Position numbers and translations under genes: made by a program
From: Candidatus Izemoplasmatales bacterium
GTDB taxonomy: Bacteria; Bacillota_I; Bacilli_A; Izemoplasmatales; Hujiaoplasmataceae
Length of the DNA stretch: 64,000 nucleotides
NCBI GenBank assembly: GCA_050949045.1
Contig: JBMNEZ010000001.1
Location: 704,001 to 768,000 of the forward strand
Reading direction: 5' to 3'
Part shown: piece after piece, positions 22,940 to 33,673 of the stretch
How positions within the stretch are numbered: the stretch's first letter is position 1
Layout: every line of letters begins with the position of its first letter
Notes under the pieces: model-generated
The model's input: the letters and a program-made list of their open reading frames with translations, nothing else
The model's database searches: none
Told to the model about the DNA's origin: nothing

Positions 22940-25258
22940 TCATTTGAAATAGATGATGGTGACTCCCTGTCCACCCTCATTTTGGCCTCCGGAGCGCGAA
23001 CTCTTGATCTGTTTGTTGTTTTTGATGTATTCGCTCACGCCGTTTCTAAGAGCACCCGTTCCATAACCGTGGATGATCGAGGCGAACTCTAAGTTGTGGA
23101 AAAGACAATCATCGACATATTTATCCAATAGATCCATCGCTTCCTCAAACCGTTTTCCGCGAAGATCGAGTTCCATTGAGGGAGCGCCTTCTTTCAAGAT
23201 TTTGACCGAGGGGCTTTTGTCTTTCTCATCAACGGCTCCTGAATACTCAAGATCCTCTTCGCCAAACACGCCTGTGAGCGCTCCCATCTGGACTTCGAAC
23301 TCATGATCGTTGCGTTTCTTTCTGATGATGCCGATCCGCTGATAAGGAATCACATTCACCGTGTCGCCAATATTAATCACTGTCGTGTTTGTCTTGGTGT
23401 ATTCGGGCTGATCGCCGTTGATCTTCTTGACTTCATGTTTCAGTTTTGCGAGTTCGTGCTCTTTGAAAAGCGCCTGTTTTTTCAGTTGGTCCAGTTCAGC
23501 TATAAGCGCCATGGCATGTTCCTTGGCGGCCTTGATTTCTGCCTGCTTTTTTTGTTCTAAATCCTTGATTATCCGGTTTTGTTTGATCAATCCGTCAGCT
23601 TTCTGTTTGGCAAGTTCGCCGGTTTGCCTCTCCAATTCGCTCTTGAGAATTTCTATGGCTTCAAGCTCTTTCTGCATGTCTTTATACTGTTGTTCAAGTT
23701 TTTTGATCAGATTGGTCGTAGCGTTGTCAAACGTCAGCGACACCTCGCGGGCATGGTTGGTGATGCTTTTTTCGAGCCCGAGCCTTGAGGCGATATCGAT
23801 CGCATTCGAGGTTCCGGGAATACCTATTTGCAGTTTGAAAGTCGGTTTCAAGGAGTCGATGTCAAATTCAACAGAAGCGTTGATGGTGTCTTCAAGGTTG
23901 TAGGCGTAGATTTTGAGTTCGGGATAGTGGGTGGTCACCATAGCGTGCACCCTGTTTTCCCTGAGATGGTCGAGAATGCTCATCGCCAGGCTCGCGCCTT
24001 CCTTGGGATCGGTTCCCGAACCGATTTCGTCAAGCAAAACCAATGACCTGGGCGTAATCTGTTTGAGAATTCTGATGATGTTTTTAATATGGGACGAAAA
24101 AGTCGAAAGCGATTGCTCAATCGATTGTTCGTCACCGATGTCAGCCAGAATATTGTCAAAAACGATCGTCTTCGAGCCCTTGTCGACGGGAATGAAAAAT
24201 CCCGATTGTACCATCAAAGAGAGCAGTCCCAGAGTTTTCAACGCAACGGTTTTCCCGCCGGTGTTCGGCCCGGTGATGACGATCACCCGGTAATTTCCGA
24301 ATCTGATCGTATTCGGAACGACGACATCGCTTGGTATCGCCGGGTGTCTGGCATTGATCAGATTAATTTCGCCGTCGGTGATCTCAACTTTTTCTTCTTT
24401 CTTCTCGATCGCTCTTTTGGCTTTGGCGAAGATGATGTCGAGCCCTGTGAATATCCTGATATTGTTGATCAGGCTGTCGGCTTCGCCCGCAACCGTCTGA
24501 CTAAGCCGATAGAGAATCCGCGAAATTGCTTCCTGCTCTTCAATCGACAGCGTTTGCAATTGATTGTTGAGATCGACGCAAGCAAGCGGTTCGATGAATA
24601 GGGTCTCCTTGCTTGCGGACATGTCATGGACGATGCCCTTGACACTGTTCTTGTATTCGGCCCTCACGGGAAGGACAAGCCGGTTGTTTCTGATAGTTAT
24701 CAATATGTCTGTCAGTTTGGCGGCTTCCTGGTTGAGCAGGCTTTCCATTCTCTCATTGAGACGCTTTTCGGTGGTGACGAGTTTCTTCCTGATCTGTGCC
24801 AGTTCAGGCGAAGCGTTGTCGACGACATACCCCTTTTGATCAATGGCCGTCTCGATCTCTGATTTGATTTTATTATGAGTGACAAGTGCGTCATAATAAT
24901 GGTCTAAAATCTGAGAGGGGATCTCCAACATTCTGACCTTCTTGATGTATTTCTCGGTTCTTTGTTCAGCCTCAACCAGCGAGACGACTCTTAGAAGTTC
25001 CTCAATAGAGAGGATTGAGCCGATCCTCGCCCGCCTGATCGCATCTTCAACGTCGAGAACTCCCGTCATTGGCGTTTCGTCATAACGCTCGATCAGCGTC
25101 TTGGCGCACTCGACTTCCTCGAGCATCGAAACGATCCCGATTTTGTCATTGATAGGCCTGATCTTCAAGATTTCAGCTTTGGCCATATCTGTTAGTGCGT
25201 ATGACTTAATCTCGTTCAAAACGCGATCGTATTCGAGAATATCGGTATCAGCGAACAT
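22940..25258 (-). CDS. mutS2: MutS2 endonuclease (Smr domain)
   Basis: Motifs ITGPNTGGKT, IGDEQSIEQSLSTFSSH and DEIGSGTDP, with a C-terminal LDLRG...IIHGYGTG Smr domain. Confidence 0.96.
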   Translation of the reverse strand: MFADTDILEYDRVLNEIKSYALTDMAKAEILKIRPINDKIGIVSMLEEVECAKTLIERYDETPMTGVLDVEDAIRRARIGSILSIEELLRVVSLVEAEQRTEKYIKKVRMLEIPSQILDHYYDALVTHNKIKSEIETAIDQKGYVVDNASPELAQIRKKLVTTEKRLNERMESLLNQEAAKLTDILITIRNNRLVLPVRAEYKNSVKGIVHDMSASKETLFIEPLACVDLNNQLQTLSIEEQEAISRILYRLSQTVAGEADSLINNIRIFTGLDIIFAKAKRAIEKKEEKVEITDGEINLINARHPAIPSDVVVPNTIRFGNYRVIVITGPNTGGKTVALKTLGLLSLMVQSGFFIPVDKGSKTIVFDNILADIGDEQSIEQSLSTFSSHIKNIIRILKQITPRSLVLLDEIGSGTDPKEGASLAMSILDHLRENRVHAMVTTHYPELKIYAYNLEDTINASVEFDIDSLKPTFKLQIGIPGTSNAIDIASRLGLEKSITNHAREVSLTFDNATTNLIKKLEQQYKDMQKELEAIEILKSELERQTGELAKQKADGLIKQNRIIKDLEQKKQAEIKAAKEHAMALIAELDQLKKQALFKEHELAKLKHEVKKINGDQPEYTKTNTTVINIGDTVNVIPYQRIGIIRKKRNDHEFEVQMGALTGVFGEEDLEYSGAVDEKDKSPSVKILKEGAPSMELDLRGKRFEEAMDLLDKYVDDCLFHNLEFASIIHGYGTGALRNGVSEYIKNNKQIKSSRSGGQNEGGQGVTIIYFK

Positions 25259-25326
25259 TATTTCACCTTCATTCGCTACTATTTTACCACAAACAGTGTT
25301 AAAATATACTATTAGGAAGTGATAGT

Positions 25327-26247
25327 GTGAATTACGTTTTTCAGGTTACCGAAAAAGACCAACACATTTTGTTGGATTATTATTCTGACATCATGGTTGA
25401 ACCGGGTTCGGAACACGTTGCCTATCTGTTCAAATCGGATGATATCACGGTCACCCTTTACAAAACGGGAAAGGTTGTACTTCAAGGCCCGAGCTCCCGG
25501 GACGATTATTTGATGTTTTCCGAAGTGCTTGGTTTCACCCCCATCAAAGAACCGCCCCTGAAAGAAGAAACGCAAAAATCTGACAGGCCCTATCCGGAAA
25601 AACGAATCAAGGCCATCGGCTCCGACGAAGTCGGCACCGGTGATTTTTTCGGCCCGGTAGTCGTTTGCGCAACCTATCTCACCCCCGGTGATTACGCGTT
25701 CCTAGAATCAGAGGGCGTCAAAGACAGCAAGTCGCTCACGGATGAACAAATCACCTCCATCGCTTCTCTGATTATCCCGCGGATTTCCCACCAAATCCTC
25801 GTGACCGACAACCATAAATATAACGATCTTATCCGTCTGGGATACAATATGAACAAGATCAAAGCCTACCTTCACAATCACGCCATCTTGAAACTCGTTT
25901 CCCGCCACAAGGGCGATGTCGAGAAAGTGATCGTCGACGAATTCTGTTCAAAAAACCACTATTTCGCTTATCTCAAAGACAAGCAAGTCTATGAGAACAT
26001 CATCTTTCAGACTGAGGCCGAATCAAAGTACCTATCTGTGGCCGCAGCGTCGATCATCGCCCGCGATGCTTTTCTAAAGGAAATGGCCATTTTGAGCGAT
26101 AAAATAGGAATCAGACTGCCGCTCGGAGCCGGCCCGGCTGTCGATCTGATCGGCAAGCGCATCGCGCTTGAGAAAGGCTTCTCTGTCTTTGACCAGATTG
26201 CCAAGTGCAATTTCAAAAACCTGGAAAAAATCAAAGCGATGATGTGA
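25327..26247 (+). CDS. rnhC: Ribonuclease HIII
   Basis: N-terminal YKTGKVVLQG domain, then IGSDEVGTGDFFGP, DSK and VAAASIIAR. Confidence 0.95.
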   Translation: MNYVFQVTEKDQHILLDYYSDIMVEPGSEHVAYLFKSDDITVTLYKTGKVVLQGPSSRDDYLMFSEVLGFTPIKEPPLKEETQKSDRPYPEKRIKAIGSDEVGTGDFFGPVVVCATYLTPGDYAFLESEGVKDSKSLTDEQITSIASLIIPRISHQILVTDNHKYNDLIRLGYNMNKIKAYLHNHAILKLVSRHKGDVEKVIVDEFCSKNHYFAYLKDKQVYENIIFQTEAESKYLSVAAASIIARDAFLKEMAILSDKIGIRLPLGAGPAVDLIGKRIALEKGFSVFDQIAKCNFKNLEKIKAMM

Positions 26248-26391
26248 TTATCAAAACGCAATATACTGCCAAGTACGGAAAAGTCGTTCTTTACAGTGTA
26301 AACAAACGAGATTTCACTTTTTTTGAAACTTACAAAACCTGCATCCTGGGTATATTGACAAATTCTTAAACGTGCAACTAATCACTCAGTA

Positions 26392-26428
26392 AGGACTCGT
26401 TTTCAATCCGAAAACGAGGCTTTTTATT
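26392..26428 (+). terminator. Intrinsic terminator
   Basis: CTCGTTTTC...GAAAACGAG stem followed by a T tract. Confidence 0.6.
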
Positions 26429-26574
26429 AATTGTTTATGGATAATGTCAAGTAGATTATCATACATAAAATCGCATCCATGTTCCTACTTCATTGGCACC
26501 GTCTTGATGAAGACACGAACGGATAGTTTTAAGGTGGGCCTGTCTATAGCATAAAGAAAAGACCGCTTTCGCGA

Positions 26575-27498
26575 TCATATCCTCTGTAATCGATTGAGCA
26601 TTCGGGAGAACTCTTCCGGTAACGGAGCCGTGTATTCCATCCACTTGCCGGAGACTGGATGGGTGAAGCCGATGGTCTCGGCGTGAAGATACTGACCGAA
26701 GCCGAATTCTGACTTTTTTTTGCCATAAACATGATCGCCTAGAAGTGGATGCCCGATATAAGTCATATGGACTCTGATCTGATGGGTCCTTCCCGTTTCC
26801 AGACGACATTCGACAAAGGTATGGTTTTGAAATCTGGCGATGACGTGGAAATGCGTGACCGCCGGTTTCCCGGTGTCGGTGACCGCCATCTTCTTGCGAT
26901 CCTGTTTGTCTCTGCCGATCGGCGCTTCAATCACTCCCGCCTGATTCAGGATCACGCCTTCCACAAGCGCTTTGTAGATTCGCTTTGTTTTCTTGTCCTT
27001 GAGTTCGTTTTGGAGTGCCTGATGCGCAAAATCGGTCTTGGCTACCATCAAAACACCGCTCGTGTCCTTGTCAATCCGATGGATGATCCCCGGCCGGAGA
27101 TTCCCGCTTGACGCAGACAAAGACTGAAAATGATATAACAAAGCATTGACAAGTGTTCCGCGATAATGCCCCGGCGCCGGGTGGACAACCATTCCCGATG
27201 GCTTGTTTACGACAACGAGGTCGTTATCCTCATAAATGATATCAAGCGGGATCGCCTCGGGCAAGATGTCTTGCTCGGAAAGCGGCAACTCATTGAATTC
27301 GATCAAATCACCGTTTTTGACTTTATAACTCGCCTTGACGATGTCGCCGTTCACAAGAACGAGATTGGCTGCCAGCATCTTCTGGACCGTCGTTCTCGAC
27401 AAATCGGTCGAAACCGTGGTCAGAAACTTATCGATCCGTTCACATTTGTCGTTTTCGTTGACCAAATATTCAAAAGCATATTCAGTTGAACTGATCAT
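26575..27498 (-). CDS. rluD: RluA/RluD-family pseudouridine synthase
   Basis: S4 domain, then HRIDKDTSG and TGRTHQIRVH. Lies downstream of lspA. Confidence 0.93.
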   Translation of the reverse strand: MISSTEYAFEYLVNENDKCERIDKFLTTVSTDLSRTTVQKMLAANLVLVNGDIVKASYKVKNGDLIEFNELPLSEQDILPEAIPLDIIYEDNDLVVVNKPSGMVVHPAPGHYRGTLVNALLYHFQSLSASSGNLRPGIIHRIDKDTSGVLMVAKTDFAHQALQNELKDKKTKRIYKALVEGVILNQAGVIEAPIGRDKQDRKKMAVTDTGKPAVTHFHVIARFQNHTFVECRLETGRTHQIRVHMTYIGHPLLGDHVYGKKKSEFGFGQYLHAETIGFTHPVSGKWMEYTAPLPEEFSRMLNRLQRI

Positions 27499-27983
27499 GA
27501 TTTAGTTCTCCGTTTTGGCTCGAGGAAAATTGTGTCGATAATAAAAGCGATGAGGCCGATTGTCAAACATATGTCAGCCACATTGAAAATATATGGCCAG
27601 ATGCCCCGAAAATCGATAAAGTCGATCACCCGGTGATCCGACTGGAAAATCCGATCAATCGTGTTTCCGATCGAGCCCGCAATTAACAAGGTAATCGCCA
27701 TGGTATAGAAACATTTACGCCGGTCTTTGAAATCGTTCTTGAAGAACAAATAGCCAAAAATCGCGATGGCCACAATAAAAGTCGCAATAAAGAAGTAAAG
27801 GGGAAACCCGCGGTCGCCGCCGATGCCGAACACCGCTCCCGGATTGCGGGAATAGGTAAAATGGAAAAACCCGTCGATGACGGGCAAGGTCGCCCCCTCA
27901 GCGGGGAAATAGTTTACGACCCATAGTTTTGTCAGTTGGTCCAAGACAACCAGAAAAACTAAGAGGATCAGCCAAAAAACCAT
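27495..27983 (-). CDS. lspA: Lipoprotein signal peptidase
   Basis: Motifs DQLTK, NPGAVFG, GSIGNTIDR, VIDF and FNVAD. Confidence 0.96.
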   Translation of the reverse strand: MVFWLILLVFLVVLDQLTKLWVVNYFPAEGATLPVIDGFFHFTYSRNPGAVFGIGGDRGFPLYFFIATFIVAIAIFGYLFFKNDFKDRRKCFYTMAITLLIAGSIGNTIDRIFQSDHRVIDFIDFRGIWPYIFNVADICLTIGLIAFIIDTIFLEPKRRTKS

Positions 27984-27996
27984 GTCACACCTCTTC

Positions 27997-28365
27997 TCAT
28001 ACGAGCCAAATCGGGATCATCACGAACAGAATCACTAGACCGATCGCAAGCAATAAGACGCTTATCGCCAGCATGGGCGGATTGAAAACCTTCCCGATCA
28101 GCTCTCCCGCTTCCCTGTCTTTCATGACCAAAGCCTTTTTAAGAAGCCGATGGAAAAGGATGTTATAGAACAAAGCCGCAACGATCAATAGGATTGCGAA
28201 GATCCTGACTTTGAACATATACACAACCATCAGTTCGACAAGAATGATAATGACCGGTATCATAACGAGCGAACTGAATATAAAAGAACCGATCACAGCG
28301 TCGATAATCGCCTTTGTTTGAAAACGCTCTTTTAATTGTTTCAAATTGTTAAAATAGGTTTTCAT
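27997..28365 (-). CDS. Hypothetical membrane protein
   Basis: 122 aa with about three TM helices, tightly packed within the operon. Confidence 0.75.
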   Translation of the reverse strand: MKTYFNNLKQLKERFQTKAIIDAVIGSFIFSSLVMIPVIIILVELMVVYMFKVRIFAILLIVAALFYNILFHRLLKKALVMKDREAGELIGKVFNPPMLAISVLLLAIGLVILFVMIPIWLV

Positions 28366-28367
28366 CG

Positions 28368-29420
28368 TCAGTCATCCAGTCCTTCCAGGTAGTCGATGGC
28401 ATCTTGGAAACTAGCGATGGGAACGAGCCAACTTTCATATTCAATCCCATAAGCCTCGCAGACGTTGACTGCCTCGAGATAATTGTCATAGCTGACGTCA
28501 CCGAGATAGGGTATGAAAAAGACATCGACTTTGCTTTCATAAGCCGTGATGATCTTTTGCTTGACGCCGCCGATATACCCGACCGACCCATCATAGTTGA
28601 TCGTTCCGGTTCCGGCAATTTTCAAGCCATGGGTGATATCGTGATCGGAGAGCATATTGTATATCGAAAGCGTCTGTAACAATCCTCCCGAGGGGCCGCC
28701 GATGTTGGAATCGGTAAGCCGGTAGCGGGGAAAAGTCGTCTCGCTATTCACAAGATAGTAATTCTTGAATGTGATTCCAAAAACACCCGCATCGGGATCT
28801 TTGGTGAGGGCGAGTGTATAGGTTTCACCAACGTTGTTCTTGAAGGTAAAGTCATAAGGCCCGGCGGTCGAAGCCACGCTGGCGATTTCCGAAATCTGGT
28901 TGACAATGACGCCGTTGTCGCCTTTGAAGGAAACGAATTCATCGCCAAAAGCGATGCTTTCATAGTGATCGAGATAGGTTGCTTTTCCAAAAACCATCGT
29001 CTTAGCCTGATAATCGATGACGATATCCGGATTGACCTCGCTGATCGCTTCGTAGGCGACAATGATCGCCGCATTGACCGAAATATGCTTGTCCTGATAA
29101 CTGATCTGGCTAATCTCCTCATTGGAATAGGTTTGATAATTGGTAGGCAAAACCATCAGATCGGCGTATTTGTTAAAATATCCCGCAAGGAACATGAAGA
29201 TCGTCGGTCTCGGGATCCCCATCACGAATGTTGTCGAGATCGAACCTTCAATGACCTTGTCCTCGTTGTATTCGATCTCGATCAGATCTTCGACCTCCGA
29301 CAAACCGCCTGGGGATTGGACATAGTATTCTATCGGATAGGCAAGCAAAAAGAGCAAAAACAGATAGGGAATAAATAAATATTTAATGGCATGGCGGTAT
29401 GCTCTGATGAGTTCGTTCAT
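28368..29420 (-). CDS. Membrane-anchored S16 (Lon-like) serine protease, YlbL/SepM family
   Basis: N-terminal TM helix, then IGGPSGGL (catalytic Ser), IAGTGTI and IGGVKQK (catalytic Lys). Confidence 0.85.
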   Translation of the reverse strand: MNELIRAYRHAIKYLFIPYLFLLFLLAYPIEYYVQSPGGLSEVEDLIEIEYNEDKVIEGSISTTFVMGIPRPTIFMFLAGYFNKYADLMVLPTNYQTYSNEEISQISYQDKHISVNAAIIVAYEAISEVNPDIVIDYQAKTMVFGKATYLDHYESIAFGDEFVSFKGDNGVIVNQISEIASVASTAGPYDFTFKNNVGETYTLALTKDPDAGVFGITFKNYYLVNSETTFPRYRLTDSNIGGPSGGLLQTLSIYNMLSDHDITHGLKIAGTGTINYDGSVGYIGGVKQKIITAYESKVDVFFIPYLGDVSYDNYLEAVNVCEAYGIEYESWLVPIASFQDAIDYLEGLDD

Positions 29421-29911
29421 TTCCTAATGACCTCAAGGCCAAAGTTTTCCAGTTTGCGGTGTTTGACCTTTGCGGCGGCGAACAGCCTCTTGGCAGCCTG
29501 GTCTTGATCGGTCCCCAAATACTTGTCCTCAAGATAGATGACCTCGCAGATTCCCGACTGGATGATCAGCTTGGCGCATTCGTTACAGGGAAAAAGCGTC
29601 ACATATATCCTCGCTCCCTCCAAACTGACGCTGGAATTTAAGATTGCGTTCGGCTCCGCATGAACGACATAGGCATACTTGGTTTCTAGAAATGAGCCTT
29701 CGCGCTCCCAAGGAAAGTCATCATCGTCGCAGCCGACGGGGAAGCCGTTATAGCCAATCCCGACGATCCTGTTCTTCTGGTTGACGATACAGGCACCGAC
29801 TTGGGAGGAGTCATCCTTGCTGCGCATACTCGAAAGTTTAGCGACCCCCATGAAATAATCGTCCCAACTCAAATAATCTTTGCGCTTCACTTTGTTTTCC
29901 CTCGCTTCCAA
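29417..29911 (-). CDS. dCMP deaminase (ComEB family)
   Basis: Motifs [20 protein letters not shown] and PCNECAK. Confidence 0.93.
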   Translation of the reverse strand: MEARENKVKRKDYLSWDDYFMGVAKLSSMRSKDDSSQVGACIVNQKNRIVGIGYNGFPVGCDDDDFPWEREGSFLETKYAYVVHAEPNAILNSSVSLEGARIYVTLFPCNECAKLIIQSGICEVIYLEDKYLGTDQDQAAKRLFAAAKVKHRKLENFGLEVIRK

Positions 29912-30804
29912 TAGGCGACTGCCAACCTGGCAGCCAGTTCCGCATTGTTGTAAACAAGGCGGCGATTCGCCTCAAGGCTCTTGCCTTTCGTGATCTCGTT
30001 GATCTTTTCTAATAGGAAAGGCGTCACGTTTTTACCAGTGATTTTTAAAGATTCGGCCTTTGTGATCGCCTCCCGGATCGCTTCGTCGATCAAGGCTTTG
30101 CTGATAGAAAATTGCTCTGGGATCGGGTTGGCGATCAACACACCGGTCTGGTAACCGAGTCTATCCTTCTCAATGATGAAATCAACAATATCATTATAGT
30201 TGTCGTATCGATAATTGACCGGCAAGGTACCCTCGTTTGTGAAGAACTCCGGGAAAGTGTCGGTCTTATAACCGATGACCGGAACGCTTTTTGTTTCCAA
30301 ATATTCAAGTGTTCTGGGTAGATCGAGGATGGATTTCGCCCCCGCTGCGACAACTGCCACGTTGGTCACTGCCAATTCTTCCAGATCCTGGCTCAAATCA
30401 AGGGTGGTTTCATATCCGCGATGGACACCGCCGATGCCACCGGTCGCAAAAAACTTGATGCCCACTTCCTTGGCAATCATCATTGTGGCGGCGACCGTCA
30501 GGGCGCCGTCCAGCTTGTTTTGGATGACATAAGGCAAATCACGTCTGCTGGTTTTGTAAACCTTCAACCCTTGCTTGCCGATGTATTCGATCTCGTCAAT
30601 CGACAAGCCAACGATGATCTCGCCCTTGATGATGGCGATCGTCACCGGAATAGCACCGTTGTCACGGACGACATTCTCACAGGCGATTGCTGTTTCGACG
30701 TTCTTGGGGTAGGGCATACCGTGAGCGATGATTGTCGACTCAAGCGCAACCATCGGTGCTTTTTCCTTGAACGCCTTTTGTATTTCGGGGTGTATTTTAT
30801 ACAT
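29887..30804 (-). CDS. psuG: Pseudouridine-5'-phosphate glycosidase
   Basis: Motifs [33 protein letters not shown] and TPFLL. Confidence 0.96.
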   Translation of the reverse strand: MYKIHPEIQKAFKEKAPMVALESTIIAHGMPYPKNVETAIACENVVRDNGAIPVTIAIIKGEIIVGLSIDEIEYIGKQGLKVYKTSRRDLPYVIQNKLDGALTVAATMMIAKEVGIKFFATGGIGGVHRGYETTLDLSQDLEELAVTNVAVVAAGAKSILDLPRTLEYLETKSVPVIGYKTDTFPEFFTNEGTLPVNYRYDNYNDIVDFIIEKDRLGYQTGVLIANPIPEQFSISKALIDEAIREAITKAESLKITGKNVTPFLLEKINEITKGKSLEANRRLVYNNAELAARLAVAYWKRGKTK

Positions 30805-31308
30805 TTAAATCCCCTCCTTCAACTCATCTTTTTTGGCAAGATGAAGATTGACATGGCAGTATCCGTGTGGTTTTTTTTCAAGATAACCCTGATGGTATTC
30901 TTCAGCCCTGTAAAACGGCCCTGCTGGCAATACTTTTGTCTGGATCTTGCGGGAGTAGTGCTTCTGAGCCTCTTCGAGCAGTTCTTGGACAAGAATTTTG
31001 TCTTTTTCTTCAAATACATAGATGCCCGACCGGTACTGGATGCCGATATCGTTCCCCTGACGGTTGATTGCGGTCGGATCAACGATCCTCAGAAAATGCT
31101 CGATGATCTTTCGCAACGAAATTAGTTGTTCATCAAACTCAAGCAAGACCGCTTCGACATGCCCCGATGAACGGCAGACCTCTTCGTAAGTCGGGTTGGC
31201 CTTGAGGCCGTCTGTGTAGCCGACCATTGTCGTCTCAATCCCTTTAAGGCGTTTGTAATAGGCCTCCACTCCCCAGAAACAGCCACCGGCAATGATTACT
31301 TTCTTCAT
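30805..31308 (-). CDS. msrA: Peptide methionine sulfoxide reductase A
   Basis: Motifs AGGCFWGVE, QYRSGIY and AEEYHQ. Confidence 0.96.
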   Translation of the reverse strand: MKKVIIAGGCFWGVEAYYKRLKGIETTMVGYTDGLKANPTYEEVCRSSGHVEAVLLEFDEQLISLRKIIEHFLRIVDPTAINRQGNDIGIQYRSGIYVFEEKDKILVQELLEEAQKHYSRKIQTKVLPAGPFYRAEEYHQGYLEKKPHGYCHVNLHLAKKDELKEGI

Positions 31309-32003
31309 TTTTGATTTTCCCCGACCATAATGTGATTGGCGACAAGAAAGGCGAGCATCATCCCGGCAACAGCGGGCACAAAACTCACAGAACCAAGTTT
31401 TGCGTTACCGTTAGTTTTCGTTATTGGAGGCTCAACCGAGTAAACGACAGATAGATCAAGGTTGCCACCGAGTTTGCGCACATTGGTGCGGACCGCCCTG
31501 GCGAGGGGGCAAACCGAGGTAGTTCTCAAAGTGCCGATCCGGATCAGATCCGGATGCATTTTGTTCGCAAAGCCCATCGATGACATGATCGCAATCTGAC
31601 GTTTCTGGCAAACTAGGATAATCGCGGTTTTGGCGGGGACGTCATCAATACAATCGACGACAACATCAAGATCCAAGTCAATAAGACGCTCGGCATTTTG
31701 GATAGTGACCAGTTCTTTGAGGCTGACTACCTCAATCATTGGATTGATGTCTTTTATGCGTTCTGTCATTACTTCGGTCTTGGCGCGCCCGATAGTCGAA
31801 TCCAAAGCGATGATTTGCCGGTTGATGTCGGTTTCTTGAACGATATCGGGATCGACAAGGACCATCTTTCCGACCCCTAGCCTAGCTAAAGCTTCGGCTG
31901 CGTGTCCTCCGACGCCGCCTAGACCAAGAATCATGATCCGGCAACTATTCATCTTTGCAAGTTGTTGGTCGCCGATGAGGGCGATCGTTCGGTCATATCG
32001 CAT
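31305..32003 (-). CDS. tcdA: tRNA threonylcarbamoyladenosine dehydratase (ThiF family)
   Basis: Motifs GLGGVGG, DINRQ, VVDCID, CPLAR and VYSVE. ATG at 32003. Confidence 0.88.
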   Translation of the reverse strand: MRYDRTIALIGDQQLAKMNSCRIMILGLGGVGGHAAEALARLGVGKMVLVDPDIVQETDINRQIIALDSTIGRAKTEVMTERIKDINPMIEVVSLKELVTIQNAERLIDLDLDVVVDCIDDVPAKTAIILVCQKRQIAIMSSMGFANKMHPDLIRIGTLRTTSVCPLARAVRTNVRKLGGNLDLSVVYSVEPPITKTNGNAKLGSVSFVPAVAGMMLAFLVANHIMVGENQK

Positions 32004-32039
32004 ACTGGTCTCCAAAAAAATAAGGCTGTGGTACCAGCC

Positions 32040-32480
32040 TTATCTTTTCCTCATAAAGTTGAACTTGAAATAGATGCGGCCGAGATTGATCAAAACGTAT
32101 AACAAAAGTGCCAAGACGAAAATCAGAACATTGACGACATATTGGGGATCGCCACCAAGATAGCCATACAGGACTGCGACTCCCAAAAGACCAAAGGCAC
32201 TCAGAAACAAGAGGTAGATGAACTCGCCGCGATAAGTTGGTTTCACCCTGCGTTTCAGCCGATCCCGGTAATATAACAAACCGATAGTGCCAAGAACGGT
32301 CAAAACAACCACAGAGATCAAAAGCCAAAACATGAAACGCATGATATTGACATGTTCGGCGATGTCAAAAATATAGGTGATGACAAGCACATTGGGGAAT
32401 AAGAGAATCATGGTCGCATAAAACAGAATCAACCTGATTTCGAATTCAGAGTAGATCTTCTGACGTCTTCGGGTGTTCAT
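32040..32480 (-). CDS. Hypothetical membrane protein
   Basis: 146 aa with about four TM helices; ATGA overlap with the upstream gene. Confidence 0.8.
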   Translation of the reverse strand: MNTRRRQKIYSEFEIRLILFYATMILLFPNVLVITYIFDIAEHVNIMRFMFWLLISVVVLTVLGTIGLLYYRDRLKRRVKPTYRGEFIYLLFLSAFGLLGVAVLYGYLGGDPQYVVNVLIFVLALLLYVLINLGRIYFKFNFMRKR

Positions 32481-33613
32481 GTTTTCAAATCGCCACCAGG
32501 AGCCTCGTTGACCATTTTTTGTTCTCGCTGTTCTTTAAAAAAGGTGTAGAAAACCCGGATTGAAGCCGCAATCGGCGAAGCGAAAATGACGCCGAGGGCA
32601 CCGAACAGTGAGCCAAAAAAGAGAATTGAGATAATGATAATCAGCGGATGCATTTCCAACTGGTGTGCCATAATGAGCGGCTGGAAGATATTACCTTCGA
32701 CAAATTGCATCGCGACATTGACAAGCAGAACGGTGAACGGCCCTCCAGGCACTTCCCTGGTGACAAATGCGTAAATGATAGGCGGGATCGCCGCGATAAT
32801 TGCGCCAAAATAGGGGATGATATTTGTCAAGCCGACGATCACGCCAAAGACGAAATAATACTTGAGCCCGATCAGTTTGTAGACAATGACAGCAACAGTC
32901 CCGATCGCTAGCATCAGCAACAACTGCCCGCGAATGTAGGCTCCCACCGTTTGGTTGAGGCGGGATCCGAGGTCGGCGACTTTCTTCTCGCTCTTTTGGG
33001 GGATGATCGACCGCATTCGATCGCCGATCATCTCATAATCGAGGAGATAATAGATCAGCATAACAGGCATGATCGCGATCGCTGTCAGAATCGGCATCAA
33101 CGTGCTGGCGAGGGAAGTGATAATCGTGGGCAGGGTTGTGTCAAGCCAGGTGTTGAGAAAGTCGGTTCCTTCGATAAAAGCGCGGATCTGATCGTACAAA
33201 TCGGTTCCCAAGATGAATTCTTCCCTGAGATCGCCCGTCAAATAATCGATGATTTTTTGGAAATCATTGTTGAAGAAATCGGTTATTTCAGCGATCACCA
33301 ACGGCGTCACAAAATAGAAAAACGCGAAAATCAGGCCAATAGTAAGCAAAAACACGATCCCAAGCGATAATCCTCTGGGACCGATTCCCTTCTTCTCAAG
33401 ATACTTGATCAGAGGAAACATGATGACGGCGAACAAATACGCAAGCGCGACGGGAACGATGACCGCCTTGATGGCGTCGAGCAACCAATTCCAGACAGAG
33501 GCGAATTGGGTCGCCATGAAGACGACTGCCAAAACGAGCAGACCGATCAACAAAAAACGGATTATTCGATTCAGCCGTTCATCGGAAAAGGTTTTTTTAT
33601 TCACTCGTCTCAC
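32477..33613 (-). CDS. AI-2E family (PerM) transporter
   Basis: Motifs YIRGQL, NIIPYFG, QFVEGNIFQP, MHP and GALGVIFASP. Confidence 0.9.
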   Translation of the reverse strand: MRRVNKKTFSDERLNRIIRFLLIGLLVLAVVFMATQFASVWNWLLDAIKAVIVPVALAYLFAVIMFPLIKYLEKKGIGPRGLSLGIVFLLTIGLIFAFFYFVTPLVIAEITDFFNNDFQKIIDYLTGDLREEFILGTDLYDQIRAFIEGTDFLNTWLDTTLPTIITSLASTLMPILTAIAIMPVMLIYYLLDYEMIGDRMRSIIPQKSEKKVADLGSRLNQTVGAYIRGQLLLMLAIGTVAVIVYKLIGLKYYFVFGVIVGLTNIIPYFGAIIAAIPPIIYAFVTREVPGGPFTVLLVNVAMQFVEGNIFQPLIMAHQLEMHPLIIIISILFFGSLFGALGVIFASPIAASIRVFYTFFKEQREQKMVNEAPGGDLKT

Positions 33614-33673
33614 ATCCCATCATTTTGATATTATAGCATAAACCAAAAAAAGATGATACAAGCATATAAAGAA

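Noticed and set aside
26244..26575. 41-codon ORF or 6S-like RNA between rnhC and rluD
   Set aside because: There is no convincing RBS, homology or long-hairpin fold that I can support.
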